Virus record (IMG/VR): IMGVR_UViG_3300010167_000010
Coordinates: 224,001-288,000 of that record
Reading direction: 5' to 3' (one strand)
Length of the DNA stretch: 64,000 bases
Source: a virus
Lineage: Duplodnaviria > Caudoviricetes
A program made the position numbers and the translations under genes. A model generated the notes under the pieces. The model had not been told where the DNA came from. It searched no databases and saw only the letters and a list, made by a program, of their open reading frames with translations. This document shows positions 39,384-49,273 of this stretch, in pieces; within the stretch, counting starts at the first letter, position 1; every line of letters begins with the position of its first letter.

Positions 39384-40226
39384 ATGATAGATTTTGATAA
39401 AGTGAATAAAATAAATAGAAAAGTCTATAATGGAGATACTTTACAATTAGATAATATTATTTCTGTTGAATTTAGAATAGATTTAATAAATAATATTTTA
39501 AAAGAAGACGATTTTTCTATTTTCTTTTCAAAAAATACTGAACAAAAACATATATCTCATATAGAAAGAATAACTAATGGATTACCGTCTGAATTTTATA
39601 TTACTGATTTTTCTAATTATAAAAAATTACCTACTAAAGGAATAAAAACAAATATTACAGGAAAAAATCTTTTACCATATATATCTAAACTTCTTAATAA
39701 AGAAAATTTTTATATAAATAATTTTTTTTATTTTAATCACTATGATTCTATAAATTTAAAAGGAGAACATCAAGATAAGTATTATTATATTGATATAGAC
39801 TTAGATAATAAAAAATTAAAAAAAGGACTAGGTTTAATTAATAAACGTTTTTATAATAAAAATTTTATAAGTGAAATTCTCCGATACGATTATAAAACTT
39901 TAGAATTAAATAAAATTTATATTTGTCACAATCATTATGATATAAATGACACTTATATGTTTCCAATATTTGAACAATATAAACCATGGCAAATTTTTTA
40001 TTATTTTACACCAGATGATTTAGATAATCCAAAAGAATGCCTTTTTGATGGTAGACAGTGTATGTTAGCTACTAAAGAACTTTTTATTAAATATTTTGGA
40101 ACAGATAATTTACCAGAGTATTCTGATCCAGAGAATAGAGAAAAATTTAATCGTTGTTATATTAGAGAAGCACAATGGTATTGGGAAAGTATACAAGCCG
40201 GAAAAAATGTTTATAATTCTATATAG
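39384..40226 (+). CDS. Hypothetical protein
   Basis: 280-aa ORF preceded by CTAATTATT. Confidence 0.7.
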   Translation: MIDFDKVNKINRKVYNGDTLQLDNIISVEFRIDLINNILKEDDFSIFFSKNTEQKHISHIERITNGLPSEFYITDFSNYKKLPTKGIKTNITGKNLLPYISKLLNKENFYINNFFYFNHYDSINLKGEHQDKYYYIDIDLDNKKLKKGLGLINKRFYNKNFISEILRYDYKTLELNKIYICHNHYDINDTYMFPIFEQYKPWQIFYYFTPDDLDNPKECLFDGRQCMLATKELFIKYFGTDNLPEYSDPENREKFNRCYIREAQWYWESIQAGKNVYNSI

Positions 40227-43200
40227 GAAGAAATTCTGGAAAATATCTTGTAACTATATCAAAATTATCAAAAACAGAAACAAGTGAGATTGGATTATTA
40301 TCTCCATCTTCCATAATTCTAATTTGTGGCCTACCAATATAAAGAGCATTAGCAACTAAAAATTCTTGTATTTTAGCCGCATCCTCGGTCATATCAAATT
40401 CATTTATAAAATTTTCTGATAAATAAGGAATTATATAAATTGAATTTTCTTCAATATTAGAATTTCTTGTAATTAAAACATTTGTGTCAACTACTCTTAT
40501 TACAGATATTTTTCCTATACCAGAATCTGCCATATATATTAAATATTTATTTGTTATATTAAGAGGTCTCCACCATAATAGATAAATATCATCATATTTT
40601 TCTGCAACAATAGTTTGTCTTGGATAAGAAGTTATTTCTTTTGGATGATCAAAAGGTTCTTCATTTAATGCTAAATGTAATTGATTAGAAACATCTTTTT
40701 CACCATGAATTTTTGTCATCATATCATAATCAGTTGGAATATGAGAACCATAAAGAGCAAATCTATCAATTGTTGGTCTATGAATAATAATATCTGATTT
40801 AGTATTTACATTACTTATAATACCTCTAATACCTAAATCACTAGTTTGAATAAAACCATCAACAACTAAACCGCTAACAAAACCATTTACATAACCAAAT
40901 ATATATCTATTACTTAGATTACCCCATCTATTTCCACTTGTTCCACTTGAAGCTCCCCAGGTTGCTGACCAACGTTCAATACTTGTTAATTCACCACTTA
41001 TTATGCCTCTTTCAGCTATTCTTCCATTTACAATACCAGAAATAAATACATTATCAAAATAAGTGAATCCTGGTGATAAAGCCCCTGTTCCCATTGCAGC
41101 AGCTTGATTATAACCATTAAATGTTGCTGTACCAAAATGAGTAAATAATCCAGAATAATCGCCGTATTTTTTATTTCTAATAGCTTCATTAGATAAAATA
41201 ATACCAGGACCACCATTATTTCTCCATAAATTATTAGCTTCTGTTCCTGAAGCTCCAGAGAAATGATTAGAATCTTGATATATTTCCATAATAGCTTGAT
41301 TACCATAGTCTAAGTTTATATCTGTTTCTGTATACTGATAAGCTAATGAATCATAAAAACCAAATAATGGTTGATGGTCAATAATTTGTCCTTGAATATT
41401 TCGTATTGGTACAAGAGCACCACTATTTTCAGATATAGTTGTAGTAACATTTCCTGGACCAATCCCAATAGTATTTTGATTTCCTGAAAGTGATGGAACG
41501 TTAACCCTAACATTATCAATATTTACTTCATACTCAGTTGGTTCTCTTGTAAAATCTATACCAATAATATCTCCAATAAGTATATTACCATCTGAACCTG
41601 TTGGAGAATTTTCGATCCATTCAGGGAAAGTTATAAAAGCCCTATAAGTAATAGTTACAGAATTAGAATTAGAAGAATCGTTTGCAAAACCAGTATTTAC
41701 AGTAGCACTAACAGATGAATTAGATGTTCCACCATTAAAAGTAATTGGATTAGGAATTGATATATTTTCTCCAAAAGAAATATTTCTATTAGAATTATGA
41801 TGTTGTAAAATAATATTTCCAGGTGTCCAGGCTGGTTGTTGTTTTAATTGGGCTATATAAGTTGGTGGGACTTCTGGTATATCTGGGATTGGTGGATCAA
41901 CATCAGGATCTCCTGGAATAAATGGTGATCCTGGGTTCGTTTGTATAATATCTAATTCTAATGGAATAAAAGTATTAGTAACATCAAATATTTTTACTAT
42001 ATTAGGATATTCTGGAATTAAAACAGTTGCTCTTCCATGAACTGACACATCATTATGCCCATTAACTGTAGTCATAAATCCAGATAATGTTCCGTTAACC
42101 CGACCACTAATATTTAATGCTTGAGTTCTTCTAATAGTTCCAGATATCCACTCATCTTCAATTGGTCTAATGTATTGATCATGTTTTAATTCGATTCCAC
42201 TTGTTAAATCAGCTCTAATAATTTGTTCACCTAAATCGAAATAATTTCTATATAATCTTAAACCAGAAATTGGTCCAATATTATTTATTCCAGATAAATT
42301 AGAATGAATTTTTGTATTTATATCTTCGCCTTCGCGTTGGCCTTGCCAAATACCACTATAATTAAAATCGTGAGTACCAGAAGAATTAAATCGATATTTC
42401 ATGAAATTATTCCCATGCATATCTGTTTTTACTAAATTAAAAGTTCTATATTCATCTCCTACGTCTGGGCTTCCATCTGCAGGCCACCATTCGCTTACAC
42501 CTTCAGAATTAGTTCGATATTCACCGCCCCAACCCCAAGGATTATCCATGTAAGTCATCATTGTAACTGAGTGAACGCCAGAAGTTAATCGAGAATCTAC
42601 ACCAGCTGATATATTCATTCTATGTAATTCATTTAATTGTTGTTCAGTAAATCCCATTACTTCTTCACGAGATTCTTGTTCGGTCATATAAAAATGAGCT
42701 GTCCACTTTACTCCTGAAAAATGTTCTACATTAAATAAACTTGGATCTTTAGGTCTCCAATAATCTACAACTGAACTTATATTTTGTCTATTAAGAATAT
42801 AAGTAAATTTTGGTTTATATTGATAATCTTTATTAGTAAAATTTTCAGGTTTATGGATCGGTCTTATTTTTAAAGTCCAACCAGACGATATCTTATGTTT
42901 TTCAAAACCAAAAGCTGAATATTCTCCATTATATTTTATGTTTGCTTCTAAATGAGAAAATGATTCAGAACTATTTTTTAATATAAGTCTATTATTTATA
43001 TCATTTTTATCAAAAGGATAATTTGGTCTAAAAGTATAAAAACCAGTTGAAGATCTATCATATTGTTTATATTTATCTATAACAGTTAAATCAGCATTTA
43101 TTGAATGAGTATCTATATCACAATTTTCTCTTATATAAGATAATTTTGAAATAATATCGTAAAGAATACCTTCAACAGATTGGGAAGCAAATGATGATTG

Positions 43201-46200
43201 ATATATCATCACTCCTGGGATATTAGGATCTTCAATTATTACTCTATCATTGTCACCCATCATATCTGAGTGCCACCATCTATTATAAGTATTAGAACCT
43301 AACCAAAGATCTTTTCTAAAATTAAAATAATTTGTATTTCTATTTTCTTTTATATGGCTAATTGGCCATGCAAAAGGTCTTCCTCTTGTTGTAAAAACAT
43401 TTCCATCATTAAAAGGCACTTCAAATTGATAGCCGCCTTCTCTAGTACCCGTATCTCTATTGAAAAATGAATGCGATTTTTGTATATAAATATTTTTTGC
43501 TGAATCATTTGCAGATTGTACTCGAGTATCTGGGGCAGGTAAACTTGTTTGAATATAGTGATTAGAAATACCTTCCGCGTTAAATCCTCCTTGTTTAGCT
43601 AACCACCAAATATAAACTCTGTGAAAATTTCCATTTGAAGTTCCACCATTACTATTTATTAGATTAAGCCAATCTTGTTCTGTTACATAATTACCAAATA
43701 ATTCATTATTTATATCTATAAAATTAGAATGATATGCTTCTGCGGAAGTAATATCTCTCGTTATATTATTTATAACATTAAATCTTCTCATAGCACCCAT
43801 TTGACGAAGTATCCCACCTTCATCTAAACAAGCGTTTAATTTTTCGTATTTATCTAATTGACTTTGAATTTGTAAACCATGAATACCTTTTGGCATTGTT
43901 TCATAATCTGAACCAAATAAAGCTCTTTCTATTCTTAATAATCTGTCTTGTGTTTCTTTTGCTGCATAATTTAATAAACCAATATTTGTTTGAAATACTT
44001 GATATTCACCACCTGTTGTATTTCCATAACTATCTCTTACAACATTACTAAACATCATATTTATTTCTTGAACAATATGTTCCCATTCACCTCTATGTCT
44101 TATATTACTCGCATTAATAGAAGCGTATTGATAAGATGTACCGCTTATTGGGATGTAATTTATTGATGTTGTACCATCTCCATTATCTACTTCAATTTCT
44201 TGTGGTGGAAATATATGTCTAATAAAATCATTTGGTAACCATTTCTCTAAACTAACATTTCGAGGATCTGTTAAATCACCACTTGTCATCCAATCTCTTG
44301 CTAAAGTAGTAATTCTTCTATTATTTTTATTTAAATCAGAAGTATAATTAAAAAATCCTACTGGTACTTCGTGTAAAGTTTTAAGTGCTGATCTTGGTGT
44401 TAAATATAAACCAGATGGATTTTCTTGAGTTCTTCCTTCAATATAATTTCCATAGTGATAATCTATAGTTTCATTTGTCCAAGAATTGAACTCAGTTATA
44501 TTTTCATCTGCAGTAGATGGGGCAACTAATTTAGGAGCAAACTCAGCTAATAAACCAACAATTTGATTATCAAAATCATATTGCCAATCTATACTTCTTT
44601 GATTTAAAACACCCGAGGCCCAATTTGTTACAATTCTTTTTTCAGTTACAAAATTAACTGTTTGAGCTCCCGTTAAATCTGGATCCCAGTGTGGACCATA
44701 AATAACGTTATGTTGTTTTCTATATCTCCCAGAAATTGGGGAGTCTTGTTTAATTTGTATTTGTGAAGCACCTGACATATTTAATATCCAAGATGTTTCA
44801 TCGTTTATCCCAGTAATGCCACTATGCATTTCACCAAAAAATAAAGTATCTTCAGTTACTAAATTTTGGCCATCTGTATGTGGTTTCCATGGAAAATGTT
44901 CTACCAATTGATTCAAAAATAAACTATGATATTGAACAGGTCTTCTTCTAATAAATATTTGAATTAAAAGTTGTCTATCAGGCCTTCGTCCATGTGGCCA
45001 ACATAATCCTAAACATTGGCTATTTGGAATATCACTCGGGCCACCTGGTTTAGTTGCCATTCTTAAATACCAAGAACCTAATACTGGATCAAAGTTTATT
45101 ACCCATTCAAATCCACACCACAACCCTTGTCCATTAGTATAAAAACCAGGTGAAAGATAAACGCCCATATCTACATTATGAATACCTACTGGTCCTTGTC
45201 TTGGAACTTTTGCAACTATATCATAATTTTCTATATTTCGACCTTGTCCATCAATATGCGCACCTAAATTTACTAAGTAATCAATATTAAATCTAATATT
45301 AGTGCTAACATAATCCATTGGATTAAGGCCTTCTATTTGTGGATCATAAATAAAATTAAAAGACATTTGAGGCCAAACATATTGCATATCATCTGGTGCA
45401 CCCTCTTGATTATAATTTATTTGAGAAGATACAACACCATTTTGTGCACTATAAAATACATCTTTAAATTTAAAGTAACCACCAATTATAGAATTTGGAC
45501 CAGAATCAAAAGTAAAATTGCCATCAATATCTACCCATGGCCCTGTTGGGTTTCCATCTGGAGAATATAAATACATTCCAGTATGCATTGTAGTTCTTAA
45601 TAATTGCTCAAAATTTATTGCACCACCACTTACTTTATGTATTTCATTTATATTTATTTCTATAAACCCCGGTTCAACTATTATTCTATCAGTTTCTCTA
45701 TCGGTATATGCAGGTTTAATAGTTCCGATAGCATCGAATTTTTTAAACATTCGAGGATATCTACAATCTACTAAAACTCTATTATAATCTAAAATTATAC
45801 CAACTTTATATTCAAACGAGTCTGCTGCCCCCTCATGTGTTATAGCACCATTTGCTAAATAAAGTTCTTTACCAAAATCTTCAACATTAAATTGAAAACC
45901 GCCTCTTATTATATTCCCTGAAGCGTCTTTTATTTGCTCACCTTCTAAAATACCTAATCGATGACACAATACATTTGTATCACAATATTCTTCTAAATCT
46001 ATTTCATCGTTTTCATTTGGCTTAGCTAAAAAGGCTCCAATTGGACTTCGTTGTGCACTATTTCTTAATAAAATTTCATCTGAAGTAATAACGATACCAA
46101 TTGGTCTATTATTTAATTCTTCTATTTTAACAAAAATTAATCTATCTGCATTTTGATTTTCATATTTTATCAATCTATTATTTGGATCAGAAGGTGCAAT

Positions 46201-46938
46201 TCTAACATCAAATTGTGTAGAGTCAATCATACCTCTAACGTCACCAGCTGGCTGAACTTCAATAACTATTTGTTGTTGATCTAATAAATCAGCTTTTCTA
46301 GGAGCATCTGCTAGTCTTCCAACTGAAATAATATTTGCACCATTATAATAAGCGTGTGTAATATCAATAGTTAACCCACCCGGTTTTCCAAAGTTATCGT
46401 CTGGATGATTTGATACATAAACTGGTTTACCAATATCATCTTCGTAATTCCAAACATATCTAACTTTATTTCCAGATGTATCTGTAATATAAGGTGGATG
46501 AAATATATTTTCTCGAGTATCATTTAAATCATATTCTATTTGACCCCGTGATAAAATATGTATATGATTTAATATATTAGGAAAAGTTGGATTTACAACA
46601 GCATTACCTGGTTCTAATGCAATACCAATACACCATTGATATTTTCTAGGATTAGTTGGTACTACTGCGGGGTCAGCTGAACTTTGTACGATAGCATCTA
46701 AGTCTTCAAATAAACCAACTGAAACTGGTTGTCCTCTTTTAATATAAGCTTCATTTGGAAGAATAACTTCGTTATTATCTTTTACATTATTACCAACTTC
46801 ATATACTGACAATGGGACAACCCAATTTGATGGTTCATCTGAAGCTATTTTATATCTTAATTGTTTAGACTTTTCATTTATCCAAATATTTCCTGGCTGA
46901 TTTAATCCATTTAATGATACATCAATTTTATCATTCAT
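40219..46938 (-). CDS. Giant structural protein (tail/baseplate/fibre-associated)
   Basis: 2239 aa, rich in Asn/Gly/Ile, poor in Lys; CTAAATAAT motif upstream; lies in the structural block. Confidence 0.7.
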   Translation of the reverse strand: MNDKIDVSLNGLNQPGNIWINEKSKQLRYKIASDEPSNWVVPLSVYEVGNNVKDNNEVILPNEAYIKRGQPVSVGLFEDLDAIVQSSADPAVVPTNPRKYQWCIGIALEPGNAVVNPTFPNILNHIHILSRGQIEYDLNDTRENIFHPPYITDTSGNKVRYVWNYEDDIGKPVYVSNHPDDNFGKPGGLTIDITHAYYNGANIISVGRLADAPRKADLLDQQQIVIEVQPAGDVRGMIDSTQFDVRIAPSDPNNRLIKYENQNADRLIFVKIEELNNRPIGIVITSDEILLRNSAQRSPIGAFLAKPNENDEIDLEEYCDTNVLCHRLGILEGEQIKDASGNIIRGGFQFNVEDFGKELYLANGAITHEGAADSFEYKVGIILDYNRVLVDCRYPRMFKKFDAIGTIKPAYTDRETDRIIVEPGFIEININEIHKVSGGAINFEQLLRTTMHTGMYLYSPDGNPTGPWVDIDGNFTFDSGPNSIIGGYFKFKDVFYSAQNGVVSSQINYNQEGAPDDMQYVWPQMSFNFIYDPQIEGLNPMDYVSTNIRFNIDYLVNLGAHIDGQGRNIENYDIVAKVPRQGPVGIHNVDMGVYLSPGFYTNGQGLWCGFEWVINFDPVLGSWYLRMATKPGGPSDIPNSQCLGLCWPHGRRPDRQLLIQIFIRRRPVQYHSLFLNQLVEHFPWKPHTDGQNLVTEDTLFFGEMHSGITGINDETSWILNMSGASQIQIKQDSPISGRYRKQHNVIYGPHWDPDLTGAQTVNFVTEKRIVTNWASGVLNQRSIDWQYDFDNQIVGLLAEFAPKLVAPSTADENITEFNSWTNETIDYHYGNYIEGRTQENPSGLYLTPRSALKTLHEVPVGFFNYTSDLNKNNRRITTLARDWMTSGDLTDPRNVSLEKWLPNDFIRHIFPPQEIEVDNGDGTTSINYIPISGTSYQYASINASNIRHRGEWEHIVQEINMMFSNVVRDSYGNTTGGEYQVFQTNIGLLNYAAKETQDRLLRIERALFGSDYETMPKGIHGLQIQSQLDKYEKLNACLDEGGILRQMGAMRRFNVINNITRDITSAEAYHSNFIDINNELFGNYVTEQDWLNLINSNGGTSNGNFHRVYIWWLAKQGGFNAEGISNHYIQTSLPAPDTRVQSANDSAKNIYIQKSHSFFNRDTGTREGGYQFEVPFNDGNVFTTRGRPFAWPISHIKENRNTNYFNFRKDLWLGSNTYNRWWHSDMMGDNDRVIIEDPNIPGVMIYQSSFASQSVEGILYDIISKLSYIRENCDIDTHSINADLTVIDKYKQYDRSSTGFYTFRPNYPFDKNDINNRLILKNSSESFSHLEANIKYNGEYSAFGFEKHKISSGWTLKIRPIHKPENFTNKDYQYKPKFTYILNRQNISSVVDYWRPKDPSLFNVEHFSGVKWTAHFYMTEQESREEVMGFTEQQLNELHRMNISAGVDSRLTSGVHSVTMMTYMDNPWGWGGEYRTNSEGVSEWWPADGSPDVGDEYRTFNLVKTDMHGNNFMKYRFNSSGTHDFNYSGIWQGQREGEDINTKIHSNLSGINNIGPISGLRLYRNYFDLGEQIIRADLTSGIELKHDQYIRPIEDEWISGTIRRTQALNISGRVNGTLSGFMTTVNGHNDVSVHGRATVLIPEYPNIVKIFDVTNTFIPLELDIIQTNPGSPFIPGDPDVDPPIPDIPEVPPTYIAQLKQQPAWTPGNIILQHHNSNRNISFGENISIPNPITFNGGTSNSSVSATVNTGFANDSSNSNSVTITYRAFITFPEWIENSPTGSDGNILIGDIIGIDFTREPTEYEVNIDNVRVNVPSLSGNQNTIGIGPGNVTTTISENSGALVPIRNIQGQIIDHQPLFGFYDSLAYQYTETDINLDYGNQAIMEIYQDSNHFSGASGTEANNLWRNNGGPGIILSNEAIRNKKYGDYSGLFTHFGTATFNGYNQAAAMGTGALSPGFTYFDNVFISGIVNGRIAERGIISGELTSIERWSATWGASSGTSGNRWGNLSNRYIFGYVNGFVSGLVVDGFIQTSDLGIRGIISNVNTKSDIIIHRPTIDRFALYGSHIPTDYDMMTKIHGEKDVSNQLHLALNEEPFDHPKEITSYPRQTIVAEKYDDIYLLWWRPLNITNKYLIYMADSGIGKISVIRVVDTNVLITRNSNIEENSIYIIPYLSENFINEFDMTEDAAKIQEFLVANALYIGRPQIRIMEDGDNNPISLVSVFDNFDIVTRYFPEFLPI

Positions 46939-46953
46939 ATTATTTAGTTTCCT

Positions 46954-49209
46954 TTAGAACATTTCATCACTACGTACAGGAATTAATGTAGATTGTTTAG
47001 TAGAATGCCATTTTCCATCAGCTCCTAAATAAACTGCCCATGAAGGTACAACTTCTTTATTATCGGTAGTCATATCGTCTGTAATTTCTCCTAAACCTAT
47101 TCCATAACTTATAGTTTCTCTGTGATATCTTTCATCATATACTGTATTAGGTTGATTAAAAGAATTTTTAGCATCATATTCTTTATGTAATTGATATAAT
47201 CCACCAGCATTAACATTATATTCTTTATCGTCTGAATTATTTCTGCCAATCATTCCATTATATACACCAAAATTTTGTATATGTGTAATATAATAACATA
47301 AATTCCAACGTAAACCTTTTAATTGAGATTCTATTTCTCGTAATGACCAAGGATTAGTTGATGGATTATATGATGTTGGTAAATTAATTGTATCTATTCT
47401 TTCTTTAATTAAATCTATATTTCCACTATTTACAATTAAAGTATTTAAGTCTATAAGTTCTTTAATTATATTATATTCTATTTGAGATGGATTATTTATC
47501 CAAGATGTAATTTCATAATGTGGTTCTTCAGCATCTAAATTATAATCTATATTTGTTGGATCACCTATTACATCAGCATTTGTTCTATAATTTTTAAATT
47601 TATGGCTTCTAATTGATGGTCGAGTATCAACAGTAACACGTCTATCATTTAAACCTCTAGGATAACCAGCTTCTTCATTTTCTGAAACAGCTTCATTATC
47701 TGGTTTTCTACCTCCAGCTAATTCTTTAATCATTTTCCAAAGTTCATCTATTGTTGGAGATATAATACGACCATTCATTATTAAATTTCCATCTTTTGGA
47801 ATTAAGATTGGAAAATCGTTATAATCTTCTGAACCTTTTCTAGATTCTGGATCAAACCAAACTTGGGGTGGAGTATCTAATGCTTCTGATGTAAAATGTG
47901 GGGTATCCATTCCATCAATTTGCAATTCGAGTGGCTCAACAGGAAGTGCACCAATTCTACTATGTGGATCATCTGCATTTTCTATAATAAAATCCATTTG
48001 TTGACGGAAATTAAAATTGCCTTGTCTAGTTGGTAATAATGTATCTCTTAGAATATCTACTGATGGAGTTGTTGATGGTAAATAAGGTCGCGATGCTCTT
48101 GCTAAATCGCGAGCTGCTATTGCTCCTTCTGAAAATAATTTATTATATCTTTTAAAATCACCTGTTTTAGTTAACATTAAATTTTCGTGAATAACTTTAG
48201 CTGATTTATTTAGAGATTGATCGAAATCTCTATAATCTATATAATCGGCAAAGAAAGAACATTTAATCCAAACATAACAATGTTCTAATAAATATCTTAA
48301 TACTGGGTTTATATGAAGAACTATAATCCCATTACATGAAACAAAATCGTTAACTTCATTTTGCGTTAAATTTATTCTAGCATTATAATATTTCATTAAA
48401 TTTTGCCAAACATTAACAGAAGAATAATTTACACAAAGTCCATTATAAGCTCTAATTTGATAAGTGTCAACATTCGTGCTATCATCATATTCACCAAAAA
48501 GAAATCTATCTTCAAAAGCCCTATCTCTATTAGATAAAATAATGTCTGCACCATCAACATTTCTAGAAACATAATCTTCTTCAACTGCAATTTTCCAAGG
48601 ATAGGGATAATCAGCCCAAGTATTTGGTTCTTCTCTATTTAATGGAACTAATACTGAATTATTATAAAAATCGAAAGATGTTTGTGGTTTTAATGCTGCA
48701 TCTTTATCCCATATTTTAAATCCTCGTGACTTAAAAAAATCTAAACTATCAGGATCTTGTGGGTTTAATAAAGTTAACAAATTTCCTATATCTGTTTGCG
48801 AAGCATTTCTTATATATGTAGTAACATTCGCTGGATTTAAATGTAATGGTTTAACTCTTTTATCAAATTTTGGTAAACAAATATCAAAACCAGATTTTGC
48901 CCATTGTTCAAATGTTGTTCCACCATCTCCAGGTGAGTCTTCTTTTATTAAATCTCTATAACCTAATTGAAAACTAGGAAATCTATAAATATTTTGATCA
49001 AATACTATAATATTATGTTGTAATTCTAAACCCATAGACTTAAATGAAGATTCAGTTGCATTTTTTACATATCTGGTACACAATCTATTTGCAGCATCAG
49101 TAAAAAACATCAAATCAAATAGAGAAACTTGCATTGCAACAGGTCTATAGTTACTTTGTGATAATGGAACCTTCCATTCTCTATATAAAGTTATCGGATT
49201 ATTAGCCAT
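46954..49209 (-). CDS. Hypothetical structural protein
   Basis: 751 aa; CTAACTATT motif upstream; co-oriented with the giant protein. Confidence 0.65.
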   Translation of the reverse strand: MANNPITLYREWKVPLSQSNYRPVAMQVSLFDLMFFTDAANRLCTRYVKNATESSFKSMGLELQHNIIVFDQNIYRFPSFQLGYRDLIKEDSPGDGGTTFEQWAKSGFDICLPKFDKRVKPLHLNPANVTTYIRNASQTDIGNLLTLLNPQDPDSLDFFKSRGFKIWDKDAALKPQTSFDFYNNSVLVPLNREEPNTWADYPYPWKIAVEEDYVSRNVDGADIILSNRDRAFEDRFLFGEYDDSTNVDTYQIRAYNGLCVNYSSVNVWQNLMKYYNARINLTQNEVNDFVSCNGIIVLHINPVLRYLLEHCYVWIKCSFFADYIDYRDFDQSLNKSAKVIHENLMLTKTGDFKRYNKLFSEGAIAARDLARASRPYLPSTTPSVDILRDTLLPTRQGNFNFRQQMDFIIENADDPHSRIGALPVEPLELQIDGMDTPHFTSEALDTPPQVWFDPESRKGSEDYNDFPILIPKDGNLIMNGRIISPTIDELWKMIKELAGGRKPDNEAVSENEEAGYPRGLNDRRVTVDTRPSIRSHKFKNYRTNADVIGDPTNIDYNLDAEEPHYEITSWINNPSQIEYNIIKELIDLNTLIVNSGNIDLIKERIDTINLPTSYNPSTNPWSLREIESQLKGLRWNLCYYITHIQNFGVYNGMIGRNNSDDKEYNVNAGGLYQLHKEYDAKNSFNQPNTVYDERYHRETISYGIGLGEITDDMTTDNKEVVPSWAVYLGADGKWHSTKQSTLIPVRSDEMF

Positions 49210-49240
49210 AATAGTTAGTTGTAGAAGTTTTAATTACATT

Positions 49241-49273
49241 TTGAACGCTATATGTTAATTTCTTATATAATAT
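49241..49273 (+). promoter_or_regulatory. Sigma70-like early promoter upstream of TopIB
   Basis: TTGAAC-N14-TCT-TATATAAT immediately before ATG 49274. Confidence 0.6.

Noticed and set aside
29775-45787. ORFs 29775..30056, 30399..30635, 40096..40287, 41028..41306, 45337..45570, 45518..45787
   Set aside because: Nested in or antisense to long genes, without initiation signals.
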